Both the position numbers and the translations under genes were made by a program. Under the pieces are notes generated by a model. The model searched no databases, had not been told where the DNA came from, and saw only the letters and a list, made by a program, of their open reading frames with translations. Source: an uncultured Chloroflexia bacterium (GTDB lineage Bacteria; Chloroflexota; Limnocylindria; Limnocylindrales; CSP1-4). Taken from it: 64,000 bases of DNA. Shown piece after piece: positions 1-11,094 of the stretch (within the stretch, counting starts at the first letter, position 1; each line of letters starts with the position of its first letter). The stretch covers positions 22,127 through 86,126 of the forward strand of contig CAVXDU010000003.1 in NCBI GenBank assembly GCA_963760625.1, given 5' to 3'.

Positions 1-121
1 AGGCTGCCTGACCGCGCGGGACCCGGGTTTCCGGTCCTCCCTGCGGCGCGAGTCCCACGCATCCGGATCACCCCGCGACCCCGGAAGCGACCTGGATAAC
101 GGTCGTGACGTGCCACCTTTT
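1..121 (+). ncRNA. Candidate 3' part of a structured RNA (family unassigned)
   Basis: Nested GC stems (ccgcgcggga...tccctgcgg; gacccgg-gttt-ccggtc); ends GCCACC-TTTT directly before the att-arm-like repeat; no credible ORF. Confidence 0.25.
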
Positions 122-128
122 CACGGAT

Positions 129-164
129 GCTGCCAGCCACGCTGCCAGCCACGGCGGTCACACT
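129..164 (+). repeat. Tandem 12-bp repeat GCTGCCAGCCAC x2 + GGCGGTCACACT (att-arm-like motif)
   Basis: Perfect tandem at 129-152; related copies at 16033, 28760, 30297, 59193. Confidence 0.75.
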
Positions 165-248
165 GGGCACCACAGGGTGGAGTCAGTGGACGGGAGCCGC
201 GCAGGAAACGGACGCGGAGCGACCCGAGACCACGCCATGGGCGTCGTC

Positions 249-1640
249 TCAGCGCTGGGGCGACGGCTCCGCCGAGCCGGGTCCATCAACCACGGCGTTG
301 GGGTCGAAAAGCTCCGCCGAGTCGCGGACCATGGCCTCGCTGGCATCATCGCCGCCCACCAGGAGGACCTGGCCGTCTGGCAGGAGGGTCGCGGTGTGGT
401 CAGTGCGTGCCTCCCTGAGGGAACCCACGATGGTGAAGGACCCGCCGTCCGGATCCGATAGCTCCACTGTTCCGATCATCTGGTTCGTATCGTCGTCCCC
501 GCCCGTGATGAGCACGCGGCCATCGGGCAGTTGGGTCGCTGCGAACCCCCCACGCGCCTCAGCGAGCGAGCCTGCCGGCGCGAACGTTCCGGAGTTCGGG
601 TCCCATGTCTCGGTGGACGTGTAGCGCACCCAGGCCCATGGGGGGCCTGTGCCTCCTCCGGCAACCAGGACACGGCCGTCCAGCAGAAGCGTCGCTCGAT
701 GGCCGATACGAGCCTGGGCCATGAAGCCGGTCGGGCTGAAGGACATGCTCGCCGGATCCACAGCTCGGCCGAGGCGTGGTCGACCCCGTCGCCAAACCCG
801 CCGACCACCAGGACCCGGCCGTCAGGCAGCAGGGTCGCGGAATGCGCGAAGCGTTGGTCCCCGAGCGTGCCCGCAGGGCTGAAGGACTCGGTCACCGGGT
901 CGAACAGCTCAGCGGAGTCCAGCGCGCTGGGGCCTCCGATGCTGCCTCCGATCACGAGGACCCGGCCGTCGGGCAGGAGCGTGGCGGTGTGGTCGTATCG
1001 TCCCTGGGCCAGCGATCCAACGGCGCGGAAGGTCCCGCTCGCCGCATCCCAGAGCTCGGCCGAGTCGAAGATCCCGAGCTGGTCGTGCCCACCGACGACC
1101 AGGACACGACCATCCTTCAGGAGCGTCGCGGAATGGCGGAGGCGGGGGGTGGTGAGCGCGGCCGCGGGTTCGAAGGTCCGAGTGGCGGGGTCCCACAGCT
1201 CGGTCGCTGTGGACGGCAGGATTCTGGGACCGGCGCCGCCGATCACGAGCACGCGGCCATCGCCCAGCGACGTCGCGGTGTGCCATGACCGGCCCTCGGT
1301 CAACGTCCCGGCCGGGCACGACGTCTGGCCGCACCCTGTCGGCGGTGGGGGACTCGGTAGCAGTGAAGCAGCGGTGACGACAGCCGCGCCCAGGGCAACG
1401 ATGAGTGCCATCGTGATGATCATGAGGCTGGCGAGCCGGAACGTCGGCGAGCCGACGGCGACGCGGGATGAGATACGCATGGGAGGCTCCTTGATGGTCG
1501 CGAGCCAGCGCGGCAGCGGCCGCATCCGGCGCGCCTTGATGAGGATGTCGTCGACGGAGTGGTCGGGCGACAGCGGGACGCGCCACCACCTGCGCGAACT
1601 GGTCGGCGACGAAGCGATCGAAGTCGATGTTGTCGTTCAT
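249..1640 (-). CDS. ECF-coupled membrane protein (putative anti-sigma) with Kelch-repeat propeller; frameshifts near 1585 and 760
   Basis: Repeats R..HTATLLPDGRVLVIGG...SAELFDP; N-terminus MNDNIDFDRF..KEPPM then a TM helix; ATGA overlap with the sigma gene. Confidence 0.85.
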
Positions 1641-2201
1641 GCGGGTCGCTCCGTGACCAGGGCGCCATCGGTCGGGGGTCCTGCGCGCATCGATGCGCGC
1701 ATCGCCTCGAGACCGCGGTGGAGGCGGGACGCTGCCGTCCCGTAGGGGATGTCGATGATCTCGGCCACCTCGGAGACGGGCAGGTCGAGGTAGTAGTGCA
1801 GGACGATGCACGGCGCGCTGGTCGATGTCGAGCCGGTCCAGCTCGCGTCCGAGCCAGTCACGGTCCGCGACACCGACCGAAGCGTCCGGTGCCCCAGCCG
1901 ATCCCGGGTCGAGCGCCACGTGCAGCTCGACCAGGGTCCGGCGCCGGTCCCTGCCGGCGACCTTGTAGCAGGCACGCACCGTGAGTCGGCGGAGCCAGGC
2001 GTCCCAGGCGTCCGGATCACGGAGCGAGCCGACATGCCGCCATGCCAGCAGGAGCGCATCCTGGACCGCATCCTGGGCGCGATCCGAGTCGCGCAGGATG
2101 AGGTTGGCGATGCCGAACAGCCGGGGATGCGATGCCCGCACCAGCTCGGAGTAGGCATCGATGTCTCCGCCCATCGCCTGTTCGACCAGCGCTCGCTGCA
2201 T
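1637..2201 (-). CDS. ECF RNA polymerase sigma factor (frameshift near 1810)
   Basis: Region 2 AQDAVQDALLLAWR..WLRRL; region 4 VLHYYLDLPVSEVAEIIDIPYGTAASRLHRG. Confidence 0.9.
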
Positions 2202-2509
2202 GGACGTCACCGTTTCGGCGCGAAGCACATCTCCGCGCTCTCACACATTAGGAGGCCGCAGGTAGGGCGAACCTATCCCGAGGGCGTGAAGATCGCCTCC
2301 GACAGGCCGGCGATGACTTCGCGGCCTCTGCCGCCGCTGGGCGGTTCAAGCCGCCGGGTTCGGGCTGCCGGATAAGGGTGTTTTTGCGGGCTCGCGCAGC
2401 CCCACCCGCTGGGACCGCTGGCAGGGTTACGCTCTTCGCCCCACATCTCTGAGGCTACCGTCGCGAGTTCGGGACCAATGCGGCTGTGTGGCGGCCGATG
2501 CCCGTTACC

Positions 2510-2580
2510 CGACGCCTGGAAGACCCGCGTGATGGTCGCTGCGTGGTACGGCGTGCCATGCAGCGTCGTGAACATGTGGG
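2510..2580 (-). pseudogene. Tyrosine integrase internal remnant
   Basis: FTTLHGTPYHAATITRVFQ resembles the VFTT..GTP segment preceding the HxLR box of phage integrases. Confidence 0.5.
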
Positions 2581-2707
2581 CGCTTTCGACCCAGCGGAGC
2601 CTGAGACCAGGCGCGCCAGGTCGCTACGACCAGCCAGCGTCCGTCGAAATCACGCAGCCGCATGTCGATCCAGAAGTCGCGGTCGGGGTGGGTGAGGCGG
2701 AGGCGGA

Positions 2708-3073
2708 TCACGGCTGTGGCTCGAACAGCTCGTCGGTCTTCGCGGCCATGATGAGGTCGTTGCGATGCAGCCCCCCGATCTTGTGCGTCCACCAGGAGAC
2801 GGTCACCCTGCCCCATTCGGTCAGCAGCGCCGGATGGTGTCCCTCGCTCTCGGCGAGGGCGCCGACCCGGTCCGTGAACGCCAGCGCCCCGGCGAAGTCC
2901 GGGAACGTGAATACGCGCCGCAGGCGCTTGACGCCGTCGATCTCCACGACCTCCCAGTCGGGGATCTGCGGCCGCTGGTCGGCTAGCTCGGCGTCGGAGA
3001 CCGTCGGTTCGTCCCTTCGGCACGCGACGCAGCGCATCCCCACCAGCGGCTGTCCCAGCGTCTCGGGCGTCAT
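2708..3073 (-). CDS. phhB: 4a-hydroxytetrahydrobiopterin (pterin-4a-carbinolamine) dehydratase
   Basis: [33 protein letters not shown] signature. Confidence 0.93.
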   Translation of the reverse strand: MTPETLGQPLVGMRCVACRRDEPTVSDAELADQRPQIPDWEVVEIDGVKRLRRVFTFPDFAGALAFTDRVGALAESEGHHPALLTEWGRVTVSWWTHKIGGLHRNDLIMAAKTDELFEPQP

Positions 3074-3366
3074 TGGGTCAGACCGCAGTCACGACGCATC
3101 TCATGGTGGACAGGGTAACCCGGACCGACCACTGGCGGGGCCCGGCGGGGTGGGAGGAAGAGCGGCGCGCCTGAGCCGATAGGTGACTCACCGAACCGCC
3201 CTTCAAACTCAATGGCGGAGCCGCGCCAGCAGGTCGGTATCGAGTGTGGGCGAGGTCAAACATCGGACAAGTGGCTATCAGGCTGTGGTAGCCTACGCGC
3301 TCACGGCGTGGCGGGCCCGTGCGTTGCGTGGTGACCCAGCGCGCTCCCCTTGGAGGAGGAGGAACG

Positions 3367-4431
3367 ATGTCACGGAAACCGCTACTCGCGGCCTCTGCCC
3401 TGGCTGCGCTCCTGGCTACGGTCGCGGCACCCGCGCTCGCACAGGACGCGGAAACGTCCGACAAGCGCGTCGCCTTCAGCAACAGCTATGCCGCCAACTC
3501 CTGGCGTCAGGCCATGCTGAAGAGCTGGGACGAGCTCTCCAAGCAGGTCGTCCCAGGCGTGGTCGCGGCGGCGGACGTCCGCACGACGGCACAGGACGAC
3601 GCCACGCTCCAGCAGCAGCAGATCAGCGACATGATCCTCGAGGGCTACAACGCCATCGTGATCAACGCCAAGAGCCCCGAGGCACTCAACAGCGTCGTCG
3701 AGGAGGCCTGCGGGCAGGGTATCCAGGTCGTCTCGTTCGACGGCATCGTCACCGCCCCGTGCGCGTATCGCGTCGGGGTGGACTTCGAGGACATGGGCTA
3801 CCAGGAGGTCGTGTACCTCGCGAGCAAGCTTCCCAAGGGAGGCAAGCTGCTCGAGATCCGCGGCAACGCCGGCACGTCGATCGACGAGCAGATCAGCAAG
3901 GGCATCCACAGGGGCGTGGCCGAGTTCCCGCAGTTCGAGATCGTCGGCTCGGTCACCGGCAACTGGGCGCAGGACGTGGCCCAGCAGGCCGTGTCCGGCA
4001 TCCTTCCCAGCCTGCCCCCGGACATCGTCGGCGTCGTGACTCAGGGTGGTGACGGCTACGGCGCCGCCAAGGCCTTCGAGGAAGCCGGTCGGCCGCGGCC
4101 CATCATCATCATGGGCAATCGCCAGGACGAGCTGGCCTGGTGGAAGGAGCAGAAGGACAAGGACGGCTACGAGACCATGTCCTCTTCGATCGCACCGGGC
4201 ACCTCGACCGCCGCCTTCTGGGTCGCTCAGCAGCTGCTCGCTGGCGCCAAGGACGTGCCGCACGACATCATCGTGCCGTATCTCCGCTGGGACCAGGACA
4301 ACTTCGAGGAGGCCTTGGCACAGATGCAGCCGGGCGACGTCGGCACCAAGACGTACACGCAGGAGGAGATGAAGGCCGTCATCGAAGCGGCCAAGAGCCC
4401 GGACGGCGGAGCAAGCCCCGCACCGGGATGA
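3367..4431 (+). CDS. Sugar ABC transporter substrate-binding protein (RbsB-like fold)
   Basis: Signal peptide; [14 protein letters not shown]; strong SD GGAGGAGG; first gene of the ABC operon. Confidence 0.92.
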   Translation: MSRKPLLAASALAALLATVAAPALAQDAETSDKRVAFSNSYAANSWRQAMLKSWDELSKQVVPGVVAAADVRTTAQDDATLQQQQISDMILEGYNAIVINAKSPEALNSVVEEACGQGIQVVSFDGIVTAPCAYRVGVDFEDMGYQEVVYLASKLPKGGKLLEIRGNAGTSIDEQISKGIHRGVAEFPQFEIVGSVTGNWAQDVAQQAVSGILPSLPPDIVGVVTQGGDGYGAAKAFEEAGRPRPIIIMGNRQDELAWWKEQKDKDGYETMSSSIAPGTSTAAFWVAQQLLAGAKDVPHDIIVPYLRWDQDNFEEALAQMQPGDVGTKTYTQEEMKAVIEAAKSPDGGASPAPG

Positions 4432-4466
4432 CGCGTCGCGCCGAGCGACTGGGAACGGTCGATCGG

Positions 4467-4502
4467 GATCGGGAGGACGGCCTTCGGGTCGTCCTCCCGA
4501 TC
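4467..4502 (+). terminator. Stem-loop with cUUCGg tetraloop after the binding-protein gene
   Basis: gatcgggaggacggcc-TTCG-ggtcgtcctcccgatc; no U-tract, so it may be an mRNA-stabilising hairpin. Confidence 0.65.
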
Positions 4503-4576
4503 GTCGTGTCGGCGCACCGCAGCGCTGGCATGATGCCCGGGTCCCGGACCGGGCCCCTGAGCGTGGTGGATCGGAG

Positions 4577-6036
4577 ATGACGGCTGGTCCCGGCTCGGTC
4601 GCGAGCCTGGAGGGGGTCAAGAAGGCCTTCGGCGCGGTGCGCGCGCTCGATGGCGTCGACCTGCGGGTCGAGCCGGGCGAGTGCGTCGGCCTCGTGGGCC
4701 ACAACGGCGCCGGCAAGTCGACGCTCATGAACGTGCTGGCCGGCACGCTGCTGCCGGACGAAGGCGCCATCTCCATCGGCGCCAGGGACATGAGCTCCGG
4801 CTGGTCGGTGACCACGGCACACGACGCGGGCGTGCGCTGCGTCTTCCAGGAGCTCTCGCTGTGCCCCAACCTGACGGTCGCCGAGAACGCCCGGATCCTC
4901 CACCCGCACCTCCGCGGCCTGCGCTGGCGCCGCGATGCGGGCGAGCTGATCGTCGGCAAGCTCGACGCCATCTTCCCCGGCCACGCGATCTCTGCCGCCG
5001 ACATCATCAGCGACCTGCCGCTCACGCAGCGCCAGATGGTGGAGATCGCGCGCGCGTTCACGGTGACGGACCAGCCGGTCAAGCTCGTCATCCTCGATGA
5101 GCCGACCTCGAGTCTGGACGTCGTCGTGGCACGCCAGCTGCTCGATTTCGTGCGCCGTTTCGCCGCGGAGGGCGGCTCGATCATCCTGATCTCGCATCTC
5201 CTGGGCGAGGTCCTCTCGACCGCGGACCGCGTCGTCGTCATGCGCGACGGACTGGTGGTCCGGACCGACCGTGCCGACGCGTTCACGCGCGACTCGCTCG
5301 TGGCCGCCATGGGCCACATCCCCGAGACCGCCACGCGAGCGGGCCGGTCGCCAGGGTCGACCGTAGCGGGTCGCCGGTGCGCATCCGCGCCGACCTGCGT
5401 GCCGGAGAGACGATCAGTCTCGCCGCCCACGAAGGGGAGATCGTGGGTCTCGCCGGTCTGGCCGGCCAGGGCCAGACGGAGATGCTGCTGCGGGTCTTCG
5501 ACGGGGCTCGGGGCGACACCGAGGTCAGCGGCACGGTCGCGGTGGTGGCAGGCGACCGGCAGACCGACGGCCTCTTCCCGCTGTGGTCGATCACCCGGAA
5601 CATCTCCATCGGCTCGCTGCGCGAGATGCTCCGTGGCTGGCTCGTGGACGCTTCGGCCGAGGCCCGCCTGGCAGCGACCTGGAAGGACCGCCTGGCGATC
5701 CAGACGCCGGACATGGAGAAGCCCATCCTCTCGCTGTCGGGGGGTAACCAGCAGAAGGCGCTCTTCGCGCGCGCCCTGGGATCGCAGGCGGACGTCATCC
5801 TCATGGACGATCCCATGCGCGGCGTGGACGTGGGCACCAAGCGCGAGGTGTACGGCCTCATCCGCGAGGAGGCCGCCCGTGGCCGCACGTTCCTCTGGTA
5901 CACGACCGAGACCGACGAGCTGGAGCACTGCGACCACGTCTACGTCTTCCGCGAGGGCGCCATCGTGGCAGACCTCTCCCGGGACGAGCTGACCGAGGAG
6001 AAGCTCCTGCACGCATCGTTCCGGGACGACGCCTGA
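4577..6036 (+). CDS. Sugar ABC transporter ATP-binding protein, two NBDs (frameshift ~5340-5377)
   Basis: [32 protein letters not shown]. Confidence 0.92.
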
Positions 6037-6038
6037 GC

Positions 6039-6998
6039 GTGATCGGGGCACGGCAAGACCGCATCCTGAGGCTCGGGCCGAGGCGACTGCGCGCACTGCT
6101 GCCGGTGGTGTCACTGCTCGTCGTGCTGCTCGCCATCTTCTACGTGCAGCCCAAGTCGGCGAGCTACTTCGGGCTCGACCTCCTCCTCCGGCTGGCCGTG
6201 CCGCTGGCGCTGGCGACCCTCGCCCAGCTGTTCATCATGACCGTCAACGACCTGGACCTGTCGATCGGCGCCTACATCAGCCTGACCGCGGGCATCTCCG
6301 CCACGCTGCTCGTCGACGAGCCCGTCCTCGGGGTGCTGGCCCTGGTCGGCTGCGTCGTGGCCTACGGAGCCGTCGGGGCCCTCATCCATGTCCGCCGGCT
6401 GCCGTCCATCGTCGTCACCCTGGGCATGTCGTTCATCTGGCTCGGGCTGGCCATCACCCTGCTGCCCACACCGGGCGGCTGCGCGCCCGAATGGCTGCGT
6501 GCCCTGATGACGCTGAAGCCGGAGCTGGTCCCGTTCCCCGTCATCGCCCTTGCCGTCATCGCCCTCGTGGCCCACATCGGGCTGATGTGGTCGCCCTACG
6601 GCGCGGTCCTCCGCGGCGTGGGTGGCAATGCGAGGGCCGTGGAGCGGGCGGGCTGGTCGATCCTGCGGGCCAAGGTCACGATGTACGCCCTGGCCGGCAT
6701 CGCCGGCGTCCTTGCCGGCATGGCATTGCTGGGCCTCAGCGGCGCGGCCGACGCTCGCTTTGGCGAGCGCTACACGCTGCTCTCCATCGCGGCCGTCATC
6801 CTCGGCGGTGGTGAGTTCGTGGGCGGACGGGTCTCGCCCGTCGGCGCGGTCGTTGGTGCCGCGACCCTGCTGCTCGTGAATTCGCTGCTGACGTTCCTGA
6901 GGCTCCCGCCCGACTGGCAGATCGGCGCGCAGGGTGTCGTCCTCATCGTGGTCCTGGCGCTGCGGCTGCTGGTCGACCGAGGAGGCAGGAACCGGTGA
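6039..6998 (+). CDS. Sugar ABC transporter permease (RbsC-like)
   Basis: DLDLSIG, PSIVVTLG, IAAVILGG motifs; hydrophobic. Confidence 0.92.
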   Translation: MIGARQDRILRLGPRRLRALLPVVSLLVVLLAIFYVQPKSASYFGLDLLLRLAVPLALATLAQLFIMTVNDLDLSIGAYISLTAGISATLLVDEPVLGVLALVGCVVAYGAVGALIHVRRLPSIVVTLGMSFIWLGLAITLLPTPGGCAPEWLRALMTLKPELVPFPVIALAVIALVAHIGLMWSPYGAVLRGVGGNARAVERAGWSILRAKVTMYALAGIAGVLAGMALLGLSGAADARFGERYTLLSIAAVILGGGEFVGGRVSPVGAVVGAATLLLVNSLLTFLRLPPDWQIGAQGVVLIVVLALRLLVDRGGRNR

Positions 6999-7954
6999 CC
7001 AACGTGGCACCGCTGCTGCGTCGCGCCCTGGCCAAGCCCTGGATCTGGGCCTATCTCGCCGCCCTGATCGTGTGGCTGGTGACCGTGATCACCACCGGTG
7101 GCCAGGCGACCGTCGGGCTGCTCACGGCGGCGCTCACATTCGGCAGCTTCTTCGCGCTCGTGGGCATCGGCCAGATGTTCGTCATCACGCTCGGGCCCGG
7201 CAACGTCGACCTGGCCATCCCGTCCACCATGGTCCTGGCCGCCACCATCTCCATCAAGACGATGGACGGTGACCCGGCGATGATCCCGGTCGGGCTGGCC
7301 CTGACCATCGCGGTGGGTGTCCTGGTGGGCATCGCCAACTATGCCCTGATCCGCCTCCTGCGTATCCCGCCCATCATCGCCACGCTGTCGTCGAGCTTCA
7401 TCATCCTCTCGATCGCCATCGTGTGGAATCGAGGGCTGCGCATCAAGCCACCCGATGCTTTGGGTGACTTTCCCGGGACCGACGTGCTGGGTGTGCCGCT
7501 CGTCGCCATGCTCGTCATCGGGATAGCCGCAGTCATGCACATCGTGCTCCACCGGACCCGGTACGGGCGGTCGGTCGCGGCGATCGGCCAGAACCAGCGT
7601 GCGGCGCGACTGTCCGGGGTCCGGGTGGACCGGGTGCGCTTCACCGCCTATGTGTCGTGTGCCGTGTTCGCATCGCTGTCAGGGTTCCTGCTGGCCTCGT
7701 ACTCCGGTGGGCCAGCGCTCAACATGGGCGACCCGTACCTGCTCATCTCGATCGCTGTCGTCGTCATCGGCGGCACGTCGGTGGCCGGAGGTGACGGCAA
7801 CGTGCCGGGCCTGTGGGGTGCGTCCCTGTTCCTGTTCCTGCTCGCCGCGATGCTCAATTCCTTCGGTATCGGCGAGGGGGTGCGCCAGGTGCTGACGGGC
7901 GTCATCGTCATCCTCGTCATCGTCGCAGCCAGCTTCCGCAGGGCGCCCGACTAG
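6995..7954 (+). CDS. Sugar ABC transporter permease (RbsC-like)
   Basis: GNVDLAIP, IPPIIATL, IAVVVIGGT; GTGA overlap with the upstream permease. Confidence 0.92.
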   Translation: MTNVAPLLRRALAKPWIWAYLAALIVWLVTVITTGGQATVGLLTAALTFGSFFALVGIGQMFVITLGPGNVDLAIPSTMVLAATISIKTMDGDPAMIPVGLALTIAVGVLVGIANYALIRLLRIPPIIATLSSSFIILSIAIVWNRGLRIKPPDALGDFPGTDVLGVPLVAMLVIGIAAVMHIVLHRTRYGRSVAAIGQNQRAARLSGVRVDRVRFTAYVSCAVFASLSGFLLASYSGGPALNMGDPYLLISIAVVVIGGTSVAGGDGNVPGLWGASLFLFLLAAMLNSFGIGEGVRQVLTGVIVILVIVAASFRRAPD

Positions 7955-8051
7955 GAGGTTGCCAGATCCCCGAGGCCGATGGCCTCCCGCTCCGCGACGA
8001 GCCGCAGGGTGTGCTTATGTCCCAGTCGCCATCCCGCGAGGCCGCAGCGGC
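7905..8051 (+). repeat. ~146-bp diverged direct repeat, copy 1 (permease 3' end plus downstream DNA)
   Basis: Aligns to 16055-16200. Confidence 0.85.
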
Positions 8052-8052
8052 T

Positions 8053-8526
8053 TCAGCCAGCGACCTTGGCGACCGTTGCCGCCACGATGTCCGCGTCCTG
8101 CCGTTCCTCGAGGGCGCGTCGGGCGTGCGCCACGACGTCGCGCTCGGCTCGCCGCATGACCCGGATGAACACCGGGAAGACAAGACGGAACCAGCCCTTG
8201 GGAGTCCACGCGCCATGCGATGTCAGGCGCGTACCGCCGCTCGATGTCGGCTCGAGCGTGATCGTCAGGACCACGCTGATCGGGCCGCCGTTCTCGTACC
8301 GCCAGAGGCGGGGACGCTCGAAGCGGGTGCATACGGACTCGATCGCCGGACCCTGCTTCCACTTCGCCCGGAATCGCGTGCCGACTCCCACCGGTCCGTC
8401 CGTCAGCTTCTCCATCGACCGGCAGTCAGGGTTCCAGCGGACCTCGTTGCCCAGGTCGGCGAGGTAGTCGAAGACGTCCTCTGGCGTCCGGGCGATCTCC
8501 ACGGTGTTCTCGATGATCGCGGTCAT
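8053..8526 (-). CDS. SRPBCC (START-like) family protein
   Basis: IARTPEDVFDYLADLGNEVRWNP...GPVGVGTRF. Confidence 0.85.
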   Translation of the reverse strand: MTAIIENTVEIARTPEDVFDYLADLGNEVRWNPDCRSMEKLTDGPVGVGTRFRAKWKQGPAIESVCTRFERPRLWRYENGGPISVVLTITLEPTSSGGTRLTSHGAWTPKGWFRLVFPVFIRVMRRAERDVVAHARRALEERQDADIVAATVAKVAG

Positions 8527-8532
8527 GGCCTC

Positions 8533-9219
8533 TCACCTCCCGGCTTGGATCCATCGGCATCCGGATTCCTCATCTCGACCTGCCCCGGAGCTCAGGGACG
8601 GTGGCCGCAGCTCCGCTCGGCGGACCGACCGTGCCCGGCGCGTCTCCACCGAGCCCATCCACAGCGCCCACGCGGGATAGAGGACGAAGGTCCCGAGCCA
8701 GCCCAGGTACCCGACCCACACCCAGGGAGGTGCGGTCTCCATGTCGTCCAGCCGCGCCGCGATCCCCGGCAGCATCACGATGCCCAGGGACATCAGGCTG
8801 CCGGCGACCGTGCCCAGGGTCCGCAGTCGCCGGGGCCAGGTCCCGACGGTCCCGGTCCCGCGGCCGTTGAGAACGGCCACGAACGCGCCGATGCCCGCGA
8901 ACCCGACGCTCGACACCAGCCCCGCGAGGAAGTACCCGGTGGTGCCCGAGACGACCAGCCCCGATCCGACGACGGTGAGCACGCCACCGATCGTCGCCGC
9001 TCCGACGGCGAGGTCTCCCGACCGCCCCGGGATGGCATGCCGGAGCCGCCACGCGAGCGCGGCACTCAGCACACCGGTGACCGCGTTGCCGAGGTCGTTC
9101 AGCGTGCCGAACGGGTCGCCCACGACGAAGAAGGTCGCGAGACAGGCCGCGCTCCCGGCCGCCACCGCTCCGATCGCTGCCGCCAGCCGCCCCGTGTCAC
9201 GGTCGATCCGCTCGTTCAT
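8533..9219 (-). CDS. Hypothetical integral membrane protein
   Basis: About 6 hydrophobic helices; FGTLND motif; divergent from TetR. Confidence 0.7.
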   Translation of the reverse strand: MNERIDRDTGRLAAAIGAVAAGSAACLATFFVVGDPFGTLNDLGNAVTGVLSAALAWRLRHAIPGRSGDLAVGAATIGGVLTVVGSGLVVSGTTGYFLAGLVSSVGFAGIGAFVAVLNGRGTGTVGTWPRRLRTLGTVAGSLMSLGIVMLPGIAARLDDMETAPPWVWVGYLGWLGTFVLYPAWALWMGSVETRRARSVRRAELRPPSLSSGAGRDEESGCRWIQAGR

Positions 9220-9301
9220 GCTTCCGTTCTCCTTCCACGCCCGGTCGTTCGGGAGTATCATTTACCTGCCACTGGCTGTCAATGGAATAGATGGAGCACC
9301 G

Positions 9302-9907
9302 ATGCCCCGTCCCTACAACCTCGGCCGACGCGCCGCCCCGAAGGCCGACACGCGGTCCCGGATCGTGGCCGCCGCCCTGGAGCTTGTCCGCGAGCACGGC
9401 ATGGCCGGCGCGTCGAACCTCGCCATCGCGCGCGCCGCGGACGTGGCACCGGCGACCGTCCGCAACCACTTCCCGCAGCCCGCCGACCTGTCGCACGCCG
9501 TCGTCGAGGCGCTGCTGACGGAGATCCGGGTGCCGAAGCCCTCGATCTTCGACGGCCTCGCGGGTATCGACGAGCGCGTGGAGCGGCTGGCCGTGGAGCT
9601 TGCGGCGTTCTATGGGCGCAGCGAGCCCTGGTGGCGGGTCTACGAGCGCGAGCCCGAACTGATCAGCGCATGGGGAGGGGGCGTCGCCAGCTACTACGCT
9701 GACCTCGACCGGCTGATGCGCGACGCGCTGCTGGAGCTGGGCACGGACGAACGGTCCGTGGCCGTCCTGGCCGCGGTGATCGGGCCGCCGGCCTTCTTCG
9801 CGCTCCGCGCGCGCGGCATGTCAGCGGACGAGGCTGTGATGTTGTGCCTGGAGCTCGCGCTCCCGTGGCTGCGCCGCCGCCGCTCCGACCTCGTGGACGC
9901 GTCATGA
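9302..9907 (+). CDS. TetR family transcriptional regulator
   Basis: HTH IARAADVAPATVRNHFP. Confidence 0.9.
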   Translation: MPRPYNLGRRAAPKADTRSRIVAAALELVREHGMAGASNLAIARAADVAPATVRNHFPQPADLSHAVVEALLTEIRVPKPSIFDGLAGIDERVERLAVELAAFYGRSEPWWRVYEREPELISAWGGGVASYYADLDRLMRDALLELGTDERSVAVLAAVIGPPAFFALRARGMSADEAVMLCLELALPWLRRRRSDLVDAS

Positions 9908-10083
9908 CGGGAGTTGCGTCGTTCGTTCCTCGTGCAGCCGCCCGACATCCAGCGCGGTGTGGACATGGCGCGGTGTCCGGTTCACGGTTACGGACGGTGG
10001 TGTGCGGTCCTGAGTCAGATTGCCCGCTCTCGCCAGTCCTGACCGATTCCCGGGACTGGTTACCCCCGCCACCTTGCTCCGAG

Positions 10084-10848
10084 TCACGAGAGCGGCACGA
10101 ACCTGATGGGGTCCTCCTGGAGCAGCAGCGGGCCAGACCTCCAGGTATCGGCCCCGCAGACTCGACATCGGTCATCCACCTGACCGCTTGGCCGGTTGTA
10201 CGGACGCCGAATAGCCACCAGGTCCAGGGCGTCGACTGCCGGCTGAACCTCTTCGACGGCGTACCGTGCCGCAGCGTCATGATCAGGGTCCAGCGCGGCA
10301 GCGACGAGGTCGGAGGACAGGTCATCCTCGATCATCGGCGGGGCGATGCTCAATGACCATCGACAGGCCGCGGCCTCGGCCACCGCAGTGTCGAGCAGGA
10401 AGCCGGAACCGCAGGTGGTGCAGATGACCGAATAGACGATCACGCGGGACCGATCCGCGGTCCCGGGGTCAGTGTCCGTGTGCCAGGGGTACCGTCGCGC
10501 AGCGACCGTGGTTGGCACTGGCATCGCCGCCGCCGGGCCCTGGCGGGCGATCGCCTGGGACGCTACGGCCGCGAGCGCTTGGAACGTAAGCAACAGATGG
10601 TTGACCCACGGCTCTTGACCCTCGGTGACGTGGTGCCCACTTGAGCGCGTGATGAGTAGGTCGTAGAACGTCCCGGGTGCGCTTCCCTGGCTCATCAGCC
10701 GATAGCCGATGGCCATCTCCGCCGGGGCCGGCAGGTCGAGGACCTTGCGCGTGTTGACTAGCCACCACTCGAGGTCGAGCCGATCGAACAGTGCCTCCAT
10801 GCCGACGAGACTGGACCGTAGGAGATCGACCGCCAGCATGGGCATCAT
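10084..10848 (-). CDS. Hypothetical protein (may be a fragment or chimera)
   Basis: 254-aa ORF with protein-like composition; no family recognised. Confidence 0.4.
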   Translation of the reverse strand: MMPMLAVDLLRSSLVGMEALFDRLDLEWWLVNTRKVLDLPAPAEMAIGYRLMSQGSAPGTFYDLLITRSSGHHVTEGQEPWVNHLLLTFQALAAVASQAIARQGPAAAMPVPTTVAARRYPWHTDTDPGTADRSRVIVYSVICTTCGSGFLLDTAVAEAAACRWSLSIAPPMIEDDLSSDLVAAALDPDHDAAARYAVEEVQPAVDALDLVAIRRPYNRPSGQVDDRCRVCGADTWRSGPLLLQEDPIRFVPLS

Positions 10849-10905
10849 CGTAGGTCAGCGTGCCATTCAGGCAGGCCCGGAGCCGTGGTGTGTATGGCGC
10901 GAACC

Positions 10906-11022
10906 CTACCCGCCCAGCACCGCGTCACCACCCGCGCCGCCTCCCGCTGCCGCTGCTCCAGCACCTGCCCGTACGTGTTCGAGGTCAGCGTGATGGAGCT
11001 GTGCCCGAGCTGGTTCTTGACG
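10906..11022 (-). pseudogene. Tyrosine integrase C-terminal remnant
   Basis: VKNQLGHSSITLTSNTYGQVLEQRQREAAR..DAVLGG* with the LGH and catalytic Y motifs. Confidence 0.85.
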
Positions 11023-11094
11023 AGCGGCCGCTGCAGTGCCATGAGGTCGGCTCAGCCGCCCCGTAGCCTGCCTGGCTTGGCATACTCCGAGGTC

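Noticed and set aside
2339-2356. ggcgg-TTCAAG-ccgcc T-loop-like hairpin
   Set aside because: 6-nt loop and no other tRNA elements.
3382-6114. 910-aa and other long antisense ORFs
   Set aside because: Shadow frames of real genes in high-GC DNA, with no motifs.
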